Shown piece by piece: positions 1-16,069 of a DNA stretch of 64,000 nucleotides. The notes below the pieces were generated by a model. It worked only from the letters and a program-made list of their open reading frames with translations, ran no database searches and was not told the DNA's origin. The stretch is taken from NCBI RefSeq assembly GCF_009914755.1, contig NC_060930.1, one strand, 5' to 3'. Within the stretch, counting starts at the first letter, position 1, and each line of letters begins with the position of its first letter. The translations under genes and the position numbers were made by a program. Source of the stretch: the human T2T-CHM13v2.0 reference genome, Homo sapiens.

Positions 1-68
1 CCTCGTGATCTGCCCGCCTTAGCCTCCCGAAGTGCTGGGATTACAGGCGTGAGCCACCGCGCCCGGCC
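1..68 (-). mobile_element. Alu (AluY/Sc-like) 5' end, cut by window edge
   Basis: cctcgtgatc...gagccaccgcgcccggcc is the reverse complement of the Alu head. Confidence 0.95.
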
Positions 69-440
69 TGTACACACTATTTTATTAAATCTTCACAATT
101 CTTTAAATTAGGTACTTTTATTCCCATCCTAAAGATGTTGAAACTGAGGGCCCCTATAAATGTGGACACCTGTAGATCCTTAAGTCTAAGTTTCCTTCCC
201 ATCTGACCCTGACAACAAAGAATTCTTCTGAGCAAACATGTATGCAGAACCTAGGTGGAAGAAAATTCCAACACTGACCAAAAAGAAGCACACTCCTTCT
301 CCGGACTGGGGACTATTCTGCCCAGGGTAGAACCTCTCAAGGGAAGCCACAGCTGGTGTCCACTGGCACATATCTAAAATTATTTCTTTGCAATGACTTA
401 ACCTTATGATAAAAAAAAAAAAAAAAAAAAATTAGATGCC

Positions 441-922
<482 letters not shown>

Positions 923-1218
923 TTAAAACGTGCAGAGGTGCATAGTTTTTATTTTGTTTTATTCTTTTTAGTTGGTACAAGTGCAGAATTATTTGGCAAC
1001 TTTTGCTCTGCTTAAATTTCTACAGAAAATTTTCCAGTCTTAGATAACCATGTAAGGTATATTTAGAGGGATAATTATTTTCTTCTTGGAGGCATGGATT
1101 TGCTCTTATTTGTCTTTATATTTGACATAACAGACCACTTCACACATATTTGAGCTTCATAACATATTTTAAACCAATCTAGACTTAATCAGTTTGGGAA
1201 TGATAGAAGGTAAATCTG

Positions 1219-1563
<345 letters not shown>

Positions 1564-1607
1564 TCATGGCTTTTAGAAATATTTATAATGACAGAATTTT
1601 TTTTAAG

Positions 1608-1737
1608 CAGGGAAAGAAAAAGAGGGTAGAAGGGAGGGAAGGAGGGAGAGAAGAAGGGAGGGAAGGAGGGAGAGAAGAAGAGAGAGAAAGAGGGAGAAGG
1701 AAGGAAGGAAGGAAGGGAGGGAGGGAAGGAAGGAAAG
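1608..1737. repeat. Polypurine (GGAA/GGGA/GAGA)n low-complexity tract
   Basis: ~130 bp of almost pure G/A including (GGAA)4 at 1699-1714. Confidence 0.95.
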
Positions 1738-1869
1738 ACCACAAACCTCACTTTGTGGAATATAAATATTTGTCAAGAGACAGCCTCTTAAAGCAGGTTG
1801 CTGTCAGGAGGCAAAATCCTAACTAAGCACAAGTTAAGGTTTATTGCCCTGGTCAAAAATCAACAATAG

Positions 1870-2150
<281 letters not shown>

Positions 2151-2940
2151 GTATGGAGGAAAAATGTGAAAAATGTGAAGATCCTTGTTGCCTGGAATGA
2201 AGGTATGCAGTAATGAAATGCCAAAGAGAGAAGAATGCCTACATCCTTTTTGGAAGAAAACATGCCTGTAGAGGCAATAAAAATCGTGATTATCTTTATT
2301 GTAACAGTTTAGGAAGTGAGCAAATAGAAGTTAAATTAGAAGAAACAGATATAGAGATGAGGAGACCATGATGCAGTTTTGCAAAGCAGTATCATTATTA
2401 CAAAGAAAACCGTGTGAACATACCCTCACTTCTAAAAAGGTATGAATTGATTTTAGTTTTAATGTTGATGAACGTCTGACACAACACAGCATCTTCATGC
2501 ACACGCTCATTTCAAATGCTCGTCATTCTCAGTTTGTTGCCTTTTAGTTGCTTCCCTCACTAGCTCAAATAAGGTCAACAAAAGTCTCTGAAACATTCCT
2601 TTTAAAGATCAGAATCAATCTCCCGATTCTTTCATTCTTTGTACTGTACAAATATTTTTACTAAGCATGTGTTAAACATGAAGGCATGAATTTGCCATGT
2701 GAAGAGTTCACAACACAGCTGTGCAATGGGTAAAGTGATGATAAAAGACACATTGCAGAAGGCAGGGAGTTTTAAACTTGTGACAGGGAGAGGTATGAAT
2801 GCAAAGAACTATAATTCAAGTAATAAGTGTCACAAGAGAGATAGGAACATGCCACAAAGAGTTCAGAAAAAGGAGGTGATCTGAACAAGTTCCATGTGGA
2901 AGAAAATGAGCAGATTTCTTGAACCTCAAAATGCCCCCTG

Positions 2941-3191
2941 ATGGCTCACTGCAGCCTTGAGCTCCTGGGCTCAAGTGATCCTCCCACCTCAACCTCCCGA
3001 GTAGCTGGGACCACAAATGCGGGCAACCACACGCTGTTAATTTAAAACAAAAAACAACAACAAAAAAAATTTTGTAGAGTTGGGGTCTCCCTATGTTGTC
3101 CAGGCTGGTCTCAAACTCCTGGGCTTAAGCAATCCTCCCACCTCAGCCTCCCAAAGTGTTGGGACTACAGGCATGAACCATCATACTTGGC
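2941..3191 (-). mobile_element. AluJ, partial
   Basis: J-type ctcctgggctcaagtgatcctccc; tail end missing. Confidence 0.9.
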
Positions 3192-3782
3192 TCACTTGGC
3201 TTTCAGAAAGAGATTTTACCTGATGACAGTATCTTTGCTTTCTGCTGTGTGATTGCTCGTTGGCTGAGGAAAGAAATCCTGATCTATCAGGATGTCCCTA
3301 AGATAAATATAATAGCACACAAAAAATACCCACCAATAGGATTTCTAGACAAGTTTTCAAATCAGGAACAAGCAACAGAAGCAAAGCAGGTGGTTGATAC
3401 AGCAGTGTATTGTGGGACAATTCACCCTCTCATTCCTTATGCTTCACCTCATTTATACAAAGGAACTGTTTTCATTCTACGTAGCTTCACACCCAAAAAA
3501 AAATAATATAACAAATAAAATCCTCAACACTATTGGCTGTAATACGTAAAGTCTTAATATTAGTGATGATGACATAATGTTTAGCTTTCGCTCCTGGCAC
3601 TTCCGTATATGTCAGGAGCCCTTCTGGTGGGTTGGGGGTACAGAATATTCCATCTCTAACCCCTGCCTCCAAAATCTTGCCTGCGTATGTGCCCTTCCAA
3701 AATTCTTTACCCTTCTGAAAAGAGTAGGGTATAACAGTGTTCTCATAATGAGGGTGTTATGCAAGGGAATAACATGAGGAGC

Positions 3783-4692
<910 letters not shown>

Positions 4693-4987
4693 CCAGGAAG
4701 TGTCTTAAGAGTCAGAGAAATTGGCCCTAAACTGCTCCCTACTCCAACCACCTCACTCCCTCCTGCTTCCTTTGGAGGTTTGGATGGACAGTAACTGCCT
4801 TATGCCAAGGAAAGAAAAGTTATCCGTGCCAGAATAAGATTGCCTCCCACCTCCTCTGCTGACCTTCCTTCTTCCCTTTTAAGGACACTGTCTCCTCCAT
4901 GCTCAGAAATTAACTGATTAGGGGACCGTAAAATCCCTCCTTGCCAAGGACCCAAAAAGACGGTAACTGCCTTATTTTTGAAATAAA

Positions 4988-5072
4988 GGAAATTCACCTT
5001 CTTGACGTCAAATATAAAACATTATCATTTGAAAACAATAAGTCAATCTAGTACTCCACCAGGGGATTCCCC
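4988..5072. promoter_or_regulatory. Candidate inducible enhancer: CRE plus NF-kB site
   Basis: TGACGTCA at 5003-5010 and GGGGATTCCCC at 5062-5072 in unique sequence; motif match only. Confidence 0.35.
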
Positions 5073-5571
5073 TTTATTAGGATTTCATCAACATTGGAAC
5101 AGACAAGGCTTGAGAAAAAGAAAGTTCTTTTAGCTTTTAAAATTGAAAAGTAGCTGACATAGGCAATAAGCCATGAATAAAAATCCAACTCATTTGCTTG
5201 TCCCAAGGAGAAATGGACATAGCTGACTCTGTAACAGTCTAACAGGCTTTCATATGGCAAGGCTAAATTGAACACCCCTGTCAAGAGGGTGCCAACAACC
5301 AGGGCCATCAACATCAATAAAGACAGCAGTAAAGATTTGGTAACTCAGCCTCATATATAAGAAAATGCTACTTCTTCAATGTTGCAAGATGCTGAAAGCT
5401 TGGTACTTGAAGAAAACCAAAGCACAACAAGATAGGCTGAATGACACCAACTCTATCACCTTTTTCAGTAAGATTACATCATCCTGTGAAAACGAACACT
5501 CTTCCCTCAACTTTAGGACTGATGAGGAGAAACAATTCATCCTTCATTGCTCTTCCTCTTAAAAGAGAGAA

Positions 5572-5862
5572 GGCTGGGTGCAGTGCCTCATCCCTGTAAT
5601 CCCAGCACTTTGGGAGGCTGAGGCAGGAGGATCACTTGAGCCCAGGAGTTCAAGACAAGACCAGCCTGGGCAACATGACAAAACCCCATCTCTACAAAAA
5701 ATAAAATAAATCAGCCGGGTGTGGTGGTGTGTGCCTGTAATCCCAGCTATTCAGTGAGGGTTGAGGCAAGAGGGTCCCTTGAGCCTGGGTCGAGGTTGCA
5801 GGGAGCCAAGATCACACCACTTCACTCCAGTCTGGGTAACAGAGAGAGACTCTATCTGAAAA
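5572..5862 (+). mobile_element. AluJ
   Basis: Diverged dimer with gcaggaggatcacttgagcccagg. Confidence 0.92.
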
Positions 5863-5969
5863 GAGAAAGAGAGACAGAAAATGTCTGAATAAATTGAGTA
5901 CTTTTCTCCCATGCAACTTTTATCAAATTAGGGTTATGAAACATACTTGTGAAATCATTTTTTAAAGTA

Positions 5970-6180
5970 TAAGTCAACAATACTTTATTGCATGTTTTAA
6001 AATAACTTAAAGAGCATAATTGGAATGTTCATAACACAAAGAAATGATAAATGCTTGAAGTGATGGACACCCCATTTTCCCTGATGTGTTATTATTTTAT
6101 GGCTGTATCAAAGTATCTCATACCCCATAAATAATATGTATACCTACTGTGTACCCATAATTAAAAAATAGAAAAAAAAA
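5970..6180 (+). mobile_element. L1MA-type 3' end
   Basis: aacacaaagaaatgataaatgcttgaagtgatggacacccc...tgtacccataattaaaaa followed by polyA. Confidence 0.8.
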
Positions 6181-6459
6181 GTATTAGGTAGGAAAAGATG
6201 TTTTTGGCAAACTAAGTAGTAGAATGGAGGTAGTGAGAGTGATTATTGTACATAATCCTCCACATGTTTCTGCACGTGTCATAGTAAAGAATATATATTT
6301 ATGTATCTATAGAAATCTACTTGTAGAGTGAGGGGTAAGTTAAGTATGGTAGTTTCTAAATCCATTTCCTGTTAAATATTCCTGTATTTCCTGTTAAAAT
6401 ACAAGTAAGAAAGAAGCTCCAGACAGCTACAAGGAAGCCTTTGTTTTCATTAGAATGTC

Positions 6460-6830
6460 TTTGGAAGTGAGCAACTGAAGACCCAACTGAAGATGGTTTA
6501 TGCTCTAAGGGAATTTAGTTTCTTACATAACAAAAGTCCAGGGGAAGATCAGTTCCAGAGCTGATTAATTCAGTGGCTCAGCAACATGGTTAAGGACCCA
6601 GGGTCTTTCCATCTTCCCACTTCATCATCAGGGTGTCAGCTAGATCATAATCACAAGACAGTGACAGCATCACATCCTCAAACCCAATGTCCAGGGGTTT
6701 ATGTGTCTTTTTAAAAACTAAGATGCTCCTTCTCATCTCCTTGTCGAGAACTTGATTGTGACCCATCCTGAAGCCATTCACATGTAAGAAGAATGAGACC
6801 TTCATGAGCTGCTTAGACCAGGCAAGGTTT
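6460..6830 (-). mobile_element. MaLR LTR relic (MLT1K/L-like)
   Basis: acataacaaaagtccagggg...cagtggctcagcaac...aaggacccagg resembles old MLT1. Confidence 0.45.
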
Positions 6831-7146
6831 AACTAAGTCCCATGGTAGGGCACAGGAGCAAAGTCAAAATTCTGGGTAAGCAACTGACTGTGCGTGTTAG
6901 GCTGCTGTTAAGCCAATGTGTGATTCAGCCTAAGAATAAAATACTTGCTATGAGATCCAAAATGGGCTATTTCCATAATTTTTTTCTAGTTTAATACTTT
7001 GTCCCTTGGAAAACCCCATGAATAAAATGTGAGCAGGCACTAACCCTAAATGAAATAGATTTATACTGGTAATTAGAGCTTGTTCTACATTAGCAACAGT
7101 GTTGTTTTTTTTTTTTTTTTTTTTTTTTTTAGATAACATTCCACGG

Positions 7147-7470
<324 letters not shown>

Positions 7471-8022
7471 TCAAAGACTACCCATCTTCTTGCAGTCTTG
7501 AGAAAGACTTGTTGAGAAAATACTCTGTTTTATATGAATGAGTTCCAAAATACTGGGTTTTTATAGACAGGCATCTTGTTTTGTCTACCCAGCAGTCTCT
7601 TTCTGTGGGAAAACATAAACCTTCACCACCCAGTATTCCTCTGTGGTTCTAGTAGACCTGCCAACCACAGTGTGCACTGCAGAGGTGGACATGAGGCACA
7701 GGGGTTGGGAATTAGGACACGCAAGTCCCCTGACCACAATATTACACCAACAATCAGACACTTAAGCTTGACCCAGGTAGGGACGAAAAAAGTCCTCCCC
7801 TGAGATTTACTAGATGAAACTCAAGAGAATAAATGTCACCCTTCTTTTATTAGATCTTGCTATGTTTGGATCCTGGGGGGCCACAGGAGAAAATGTAGTC
7901 AATGCAATGACACACACACAAAATCAGCGACTAATGACAGAGAAAGAGAGAGAGCGCGCGCGCGAGAGAGAGAGAGAAAATAAAGAGGTAGGCTTAGCTG
8001 GCCTAAAGCTGTGAACTTCCCA

Positions 8023-8451
8023 GTGGTGACAGATTGCATAATTGGCCCCAAATTTCAACCCTCCCTGCATCTAAAATTTTGCATTTCCCCTATTTCCATG
8101 GAGAAAGTATATTTCCCCACTCCCTAACTTGGAGCTTGACTAGGTAACAGACTGGCAAGTTGGAGGTTAACAAAAATGATACAAACAAGGACTTTAATAT
8201 GCCTTCGTCATGACCAGGAGAACATGCCTCAGCTCAACTACTGGTCCAAAGATGAGACACTTGAAGCAGACCCACAGCTCTGTACCACAGCCTTCCAAGC
8301 CTAAATCTGCTGATGCATTATTAGCAAGCTCAGCTGAGATCAGCAGAGTTGGTCTAGCCACCCACGGATGTGTGAGCTAAATAAATGCTTGCTATCACAA
8401 GTCACTGGGATATGCGTGCTTGTTTATTATGCAGAAATGGCTGGCCTATAC
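8023..8451 (+). mobile_element. MaLR solo LTR (MLT1H/I/J-like)
   Basis: tatatttccccactccct and aaataaatgcttg...ttattatgcag...taca terminus. Confidence 0.55.
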
Positions 8452-9029
8452 ACAGGTTATGGAGCCAATAGATTACATGCACATCCCTTTTCTTAATATT
8501 TTTGTTCGTTTGTTTGTTTTTAAATACCAAAATGGAGGCTTCAAACACAAGGGACTTCTTGCCTGTCTGGTTTCTATTATATCCCCAAAGTCAGTAAAAT
8601 TAGCTGGGACATCGTAGGCACTCAATATTTGATGAATAAAACAAGTTTGAGTTGAGTATCTGTCACTTCAAACAAGAGCTCTGATTCATACAAGCCACAA
8701 ATCAAATATTTGCTTTCCCTTGATCTGACTTCCATCACAAACATAACATCAATAGAATTTATCCTAGTGGTTTTCTCCCATGTTTGGAGGATTTTTAGTG
8801 TTAACAAATTATTAATGTATCAAAGAGCAACACAAAAGTACAGATTGTACTTAATGAAGTCAATCCTCAATTATTTCTTAGCAGAGAAAATGCAAGTCAT
8901 AAAGCCCTAAACTCACCCAGCCAAGGACACACTTTTGCGACTGGTTTGTTGTTACCCTTTTGTTAATTGCACCACTTCTGCTGATAAACTAGATCAGGGT
9001 GGCTTTGTATCATATGGCTTCTATTTGTT

Positions 9030-9470
9030 TTTTAATTTTTATTTCACACTTAGAGAAAAATTGCAAGAATAGTGTGAAGAATTACTATACACCTTTTATT
9101 CAGATTCACCAATTGTTAATATTTTGTTCTTTTTGTTTTATCATCTGCTCGCTCTATATATTTTTACTCTTAGTCATTTGAGCATAATTGCAGGCATAAT
9201 GCCCCTTTATCAATAAATACTTCAGTGTATATGTCCTGGGAAGAAGAATTTTCCTTGACATACCACAGCACATTTATCAAAGTCAACAAATATAACTTTT
9301 AATACTGATATCCAACCCACTCTTCATATTCAAATTTTGTCATTCGTCCCAGTAATGTTCTTTATAACTTTTCTCCCCCGTGATCTTGGGTTCAATCCGG
9401 ATTACATACTATAATTAATTGTCGTATCTTTTTAGTCTCCTCTAACCTGGAACATTTCTTCAACCTTCCA
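9030..9470 (-). mobile_element. Old L1MC-type 3' fragment
   Basis: cacttagagaaaaattgcaagaatagt...cagattcaccaattgttaatattttg. Confidence 0.55.
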
Positions 9471-10126
9471 TTCTTTTCAGGATTTAAGTATACTTTAAAA
9501 TTTGTAATTGAACCTACATTTATTTAACAGAACGTAAGAGAGAAACATTTATGCTCACTTTCTCTCTCTCTCTCTCCCCATCATCTCCTGTTATATGATT
9601 GACTATATAGTTGCAAGGAATTTTATTTATCCTAAGACATTTTTATGGTAAAATACACATAATATGAAATTTACCATTGTTACCCTTTTTAAGTGTAAGG
9701 TTGAGTAGTTGTACAGCCATCATTATCATCCCATTTCAGAGATCTTTTCATCTTACAAAGCTGAAACTCTGCACCTATTAAACAATAACTCTCCCTTCCT
9801 CCCTTCTCCCAGCCTCAAGCAACCACCATTCTACTTGAATTGAAGTTTTCTAGGCACTTCATATAAGTGAAATCATACAGTATTTGGTTTTTGGAAAATA
9901 GCTTATTTCGCTTAGCATAATATGTCAATGTTCATCTATGTTGTAGCGTATGTCTGAATTTCCTTCCTTTTTAAAGCTTAATAATACTCCATTATATGTC
10001 TATACTACATTTTATGTATCCATTCATCTGTGAGGACTTGGGTTGCTTCCACCTCTTGACTATTATGAAAAATGCTGTTATAAACATGGATGTGCCAATA
10101 TATCTTGGAGACCCTACTTTCAATTC

Positions 10127-10430
<304 letters not shown>

Positions 10431-10951
10431 TTCAATTCTTTTAAGTACGCACTCAGAAGTGGAATTGCCAGATCACATGGTAATTCCATTTTTAGTGTCT
10501 TAAGTGAACCACCATATCGTTTTCCACAGTAGCTATATACCATTTTACATTCCCATCAGCAGTGCACAGGATCTTCATGTCCTCACCGACACTTGTTTTG
10601 TTTTGTTTGGTTTGGTTTGGTTTGGTTTGGATTTTTTTATAGTATCCATCCTAAGGGATGTAAAGCAGTAGTGGTTTTGACTTGCATTTCCCTAATGATT
10701 ACTGATATTAAACATATTTTCATGTGCTTGTTGACTATTTGTATATCTCCTTTGGAGAAATGTCTAAGTCCTTTGCCTATTTTTTAATTGGGTTTTTTGG
10801 TTGTTGTTGAGTGTAGAGTTCTCTATATATTTTTGATATTAACACCTCATCAGACATATGACTTGCAAATGTTTTCTCCCATTCTGTGGGCTGTCTTTTT
10901 CTCCTGTTGATTGTGTCCTTTGACACACAGCAATTTTTAATTTTGATGTAG

Positions 10952-11416
<465 letters not shown>

Positions 11417-12854
11417 GAGTTTATTTTTGTACAAAGTGTAAGGTAAGGGCCCAAATTCATTATTTTACATATAAAAATCCAGTTTTTCCAACACAGTTTG
11501 TTGAAGACTTTCTTTTTTGAATTAAATGGTCTTGGCACTCTTGTTGAAAATCATCTGACTATATGATTCAAGTGTTTATTTCTAGGTTCTCAGTTCTATT
11601 CCACTGGTCTATATATCTGTCTTTATGGCAGTACCACATTGCTTTGATCACTATAGCTTTAAAATGGTTTCAAATCAGAAAAATGTGAGATCCCTCTCCA
11701 TCTTTGTTCTTCTTTATCAGATTGTTTTGGCTATTCAGTGTCCCTTGAGATTCCATGTTAATTTTATAATGGATTTTTCTATTTTTGAAAAAAAAATCAT
11801 TGCAATTTGACAGATTGCATTGAATCTTGTATACTGTTTTGATAGTTTTGACATCTTTACAATACTAAATCTTCCAACTCATTAACATGCAATGTCTTTC
11901 TATTTATTTGTGTATTCTTTCTTTCAGTCACATTTTATAGTTTTCAGTGCAGAAGATTTTTGCCTCCTTAGTTTATTCCTAAGTATTCTACTCTTTTTGG
12001 TGCTGTTGTAGATGCAATAATTTTCTTAATTTTCTTTCAGATTGTTCATTATTAGTGTATAGAAACACAACTAATTTTCATGTGTTGATTTTGTATCTTG
12101 CAAATTTGCTGAATTTATTAATTAGTTCTAACATTTTCTTTGGAATATTTAAGGTTTTCTACATATAAGATCATGTCATCTGTGAACAGAGATAATTTCA
12201 CTTCTTCCTTTTCAATTTGGATGCTTTTGCTTCTTTTATTTTTTTAAAGGGCTCTGGCAAGGACTTCTAGTACTATGTTGAATAAGAGAGGTGAAAATGG
12301 GCATTCTTGTCTTGTTCCAGATATTAGAGGAAAAGCTTTCAGTTTTCCCCTTGAGTATGATGTTAGCTGTGGGCTTTTTCACAGATGTTTGAGTAGTTTC
12401 CTTCTACTTCTAGTTTGTTGAGTGTTTTTATCATTAAAGAGTGTTGAATTTTTTCATGGAAGAGTGTTGGTGCTCTTTTTTGCATCAATTAAGATGATTA
12501 TGTGTTTTTCTTTACTTCATTCTCTTAGTATGATATTTTACATTGATTGCTTTTCATATATTGAACCATCCTTGCATTTCAGGAATAAGTACCACTTGGT
12601 TATAGTATATAATCCTTTCAATATACTGTTTAATTCTATTTGCCACTATTTTATTGGCAATTTTGTATCAATAATCCTCATGAATATTGGTTTTTAGTTT
12701 TCTTTTCTTGTAGTGTTTCTGGCTTTGGAATCAGGATAACGCTGGTCTCATAGAATGAGCTTGGAAGTGCTCTCTCCCCTTCAGGTTTTTTGGAATACTT
12801 TGAGAAGGATTGGTGTTAATTCTTTAAATGTTGGATAGAAATCACCAGGGAAGC

Positions 12855-13302
12855 TGTAGTGGTAAATGTTAAGTATCAATTTGACTAGGTCACAGAGTGT
12901 TCAGATATTTGGCTAAATGTTATTTCTGGGTGTGACCATAAGGATGTTTCTGGATGAGATTAGCATTTGAATTGGTGGGCTCAGTTAAATACTACCCTCC
13001 TCAGTGTGAGTGGGTGCTATCCTATCCAGTGCCGGACTGAATTTTTAAAAAGGCAGAGGAAAGGAGAATTCACTCCTTCTGCCTCACTGTGTGGGTTGGG
13101 ACATCTGTCTTCTCCTGCCCCCAGGTCTTTGGACTCAGATTGAACTATAACACGGGGTTTCCTGGGTCTCCAGCTTGCAAGCAGCACACCATGGAACTTC
13201 TCTCACTCCATAATCACGTGAACTCATTCCTCATATTTAATTTCTCTCTCTTTACATATATCCTATTGGTTCTGTTTATCTGGAGAACTCTGACTAAATG
13301 CA
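12855..13302 (+). mobile_element. MLT2 (ERVL) solo LTR inserted in L1
   Basis: TG...CA ends, gatgagattagcatttgaattgg, tcctattggttctgtt...ctgactaa; 5-bp TSD gaagc/gaagt. Confidence 0.85.
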
Positions 13303-15562
13303 GAAGTCATTTGGTTCTGGGCTTTCCTTTGTTGGGAGATTTTTGATTACTGATTCAAACTCCTTACTAGATAAAGATCAGTTTGGATTTTCTATTTCTT
13401 CATAAAAGCTGAAGTAGTGGTAGGTTGTGTGTTTCTAGAAATTTATCTAATTCATCTAGGTTACCTAATTTATTGGAGTACAACTGTTCATAGTATTATC
13501 TTTTAATCCCTTTTATTTCTGTGATGTCAGTTGTAAGGTCCCTGCTGTCATTTCTGATTTTAGTTGTTTGAATGTTCTTTTTCTCTTAGTCTAACAGGTT
13601 TGTCAATTTTATTGATCTTTTCAAAAAAACCAACTTCTAGTTTTGTGGATCTTCTCTATTGTTTTTTATTTTCCATTTTGTTTATCTTTTCTTTAATCTT
13701 TATTATTTCCTTCCTTTGGCTAGCTTTAGGTGTACTTTGTTTTTCTTTTTCTAATTCCTTAATGTGTGGCCAGAATGTGTTGAGATCTTTCTTCTTTCTT
13801 AATTAAGCATTTACAGTTACAAATTTACCTCTTAGCACTGCTTTCACCACACCCCACAAGTTTGGGTATTCTGTGTTTTCATTTTCATTTGTTTCAAGAT
13901 ATTTTTTAAATTATGTTGTGATTTGTTCTTTGACCCATTGATTATGTCAAAGTATATTTAATTCCCACATATCTGAGGATTTTCTATTTTCCTTCTATTA
14001 CTGATTTCTAGTTTTATTCCCTTGTGATATAAAAGATATTTTGTATGATTTTAATCTTTTTTAATTTAGTAAGACTTGTTTTGTGGCCTAATGTATGGTA
14101 TATTCTGGAGAATATTATATGTATACTCCAGAAAAATGTGTACTCTCATTGTTGGGTGAAGTGTTCTATATATGTCTGTTAGGTTCAATTGGTCTATAGC
14201 ATTGATCGAGTTCTTCATTTCCATATTCCTTCTTTTGTCTGTCTGTTTCCTCAATTTTTAGGTGTCCTTTATATAATAACAATATTAACTTTTTATCATC
14301 GTATGTTACAAATATTTTCTTCCAATTTTTCATTTGCCTTTTGACTTTGCTTATGATATTTTCTGCCATGCTAAAAAAAAGTCAAATTTAAAACATTTTT
14401 TAACTGCTTCAGGATTTTGAGGTATGGAGTCTTTCCTTACACCCAAGGTACAGAGAAATTCATTCTTCTTTTTTTTCTTCAAGTATTTGTAAGGTTTTGT
14501 TTTTTATATTTTGATTTGTGATTCATTTGGATTTTATTCTTCTATATAGTGTGAGATATGGATCTAATTTTTTCTTTTTCTGAGTAGTTACCAGTTATCC
14601 CAATCATTTTTTAAAAATGTCTATCCTTGCTCCAGTGATTTAAGATGCTACCTTTATCCTTTTCATGTGTATTTGGGTTGATTTCTAGACTTTTCATTCA
14701 TCTGTTTGTCTACTCATGCACTACCACCACACAACTTCAATTATAGTGGTTTTACAGCATGCTTTAATATCTTAAATGGCTAGTTCCCCCTTGTTGCTTT
14801 TTTCTCCAGTATTTTCCTAGCTATTCTTGCATCTTTACTTTTCTATAAAAATTTTAGTATCCACTTGTATAACTCCATTAAAAGTTTGTGGATATTTTTA
14901 TCAGGGTAAGTAAAATTTATAAATTAATTTAGGGAGAACTGATATTCACATGAGGTTCAGTTGTCCTACACAAGATCAAGGATATCTTTCCATTTGTTCA
15001 AGTCTACTTTAGTGTCTTTCAGAAATTCCTTCCTCCTGACAAGGAAGAAATTTTTTTCTAATTATGGAATTTTACACATAGTTTGCTGTTGGAAAACTCC
15101 TAACGTATTTCATTCTCAGAGATGAATACCAACTATGTAAACCAAAACCATGCGGCAGAAGAATGTTTTTTCATTCAGAAATTTGCCTATTAAGTTAAAT
15201 GAGACATAGCCTGTTCTGCCCTTTCATTAGGAAAGTAAACCAAGTTACAACAAAAATATATACTACTCTTGAAGAAAGTTCAGGTTAATCTGTTCATTTA
15301 GTCAAAAAACACTTATTAAGAAAATGTTCAGTTTGTGGCAAGTGGCTCCCTTGGCACTGAAGTTCCAAAGGTGAAGAAAATCCTTTCTTCAAGAGTGTCA
15401 CAATGGGCTGAGAGGGAGGCAGGCCCTCCGCAAGCAGCTCAGGTAGTCTGTGCCCCAGACACAACAGTTTATCAACTGCATCCTCTTCTTTGCTCATGGA
15501 GTTCCCTTAGATCATAATGCTCTGACCCTCCTCCCATTTTTGGTTGTCAAAATCATTGATCT

Positions 15563-15870
15563 GTCGGGTGTGGTGGCTCACACCTATAATTCCCAGCACT
15601 TTGGGAGGCTGAGGTGGGCAGATATCTTGAGCCCAGAAGTTCGAGATGTGCCTGGGCAATGTGGTGAAACCTTGTCTCTACAAAAAAATTTAAAAAATTA
15701 GCTGGGCATGGTGATGCATACCTGTAGTCCTAGCTGAAGTGGGTCCCAGGTGAGGTGGGAGGATCACCTGAGCCTGGAAGATTGAGGCTGCAGTGAGCTG
15801 TGATTGTGCAAATGCACTTCGGCCTGAGTGACACAGTGAGACCCTGTCTCAAAAACAAAAAACAAAAAAA
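15563..15870 (+). mobile_element. AluJ
   Basis: Diverged dimer. Confidence 0.9.
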
Positions 15871-16069
15871 CCTCATAGATCTTTTTCCAGTCCTAGCTAA
15901 AATTCCACTTACACTGAGAAATCTTTTCTGATCACCTTGTCCAGAATTAATTACCCTACTTCTGCAATAGTTTAGAAATTATTATAGGTATATTACAGGA
16001 TAAAGCAAATAATTACTTGTGTTAATTTCCTTGGGACCCAAGATTTCAGCATAAGGGAAAATAGATATA

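Noticed and set aside
15294-15517. Protein-like short ORFs on both strands after the L1
   Set aside because: No recognisable parent gene, polyA or TSD to support a processed pseudogene; BLASTX would be needed.
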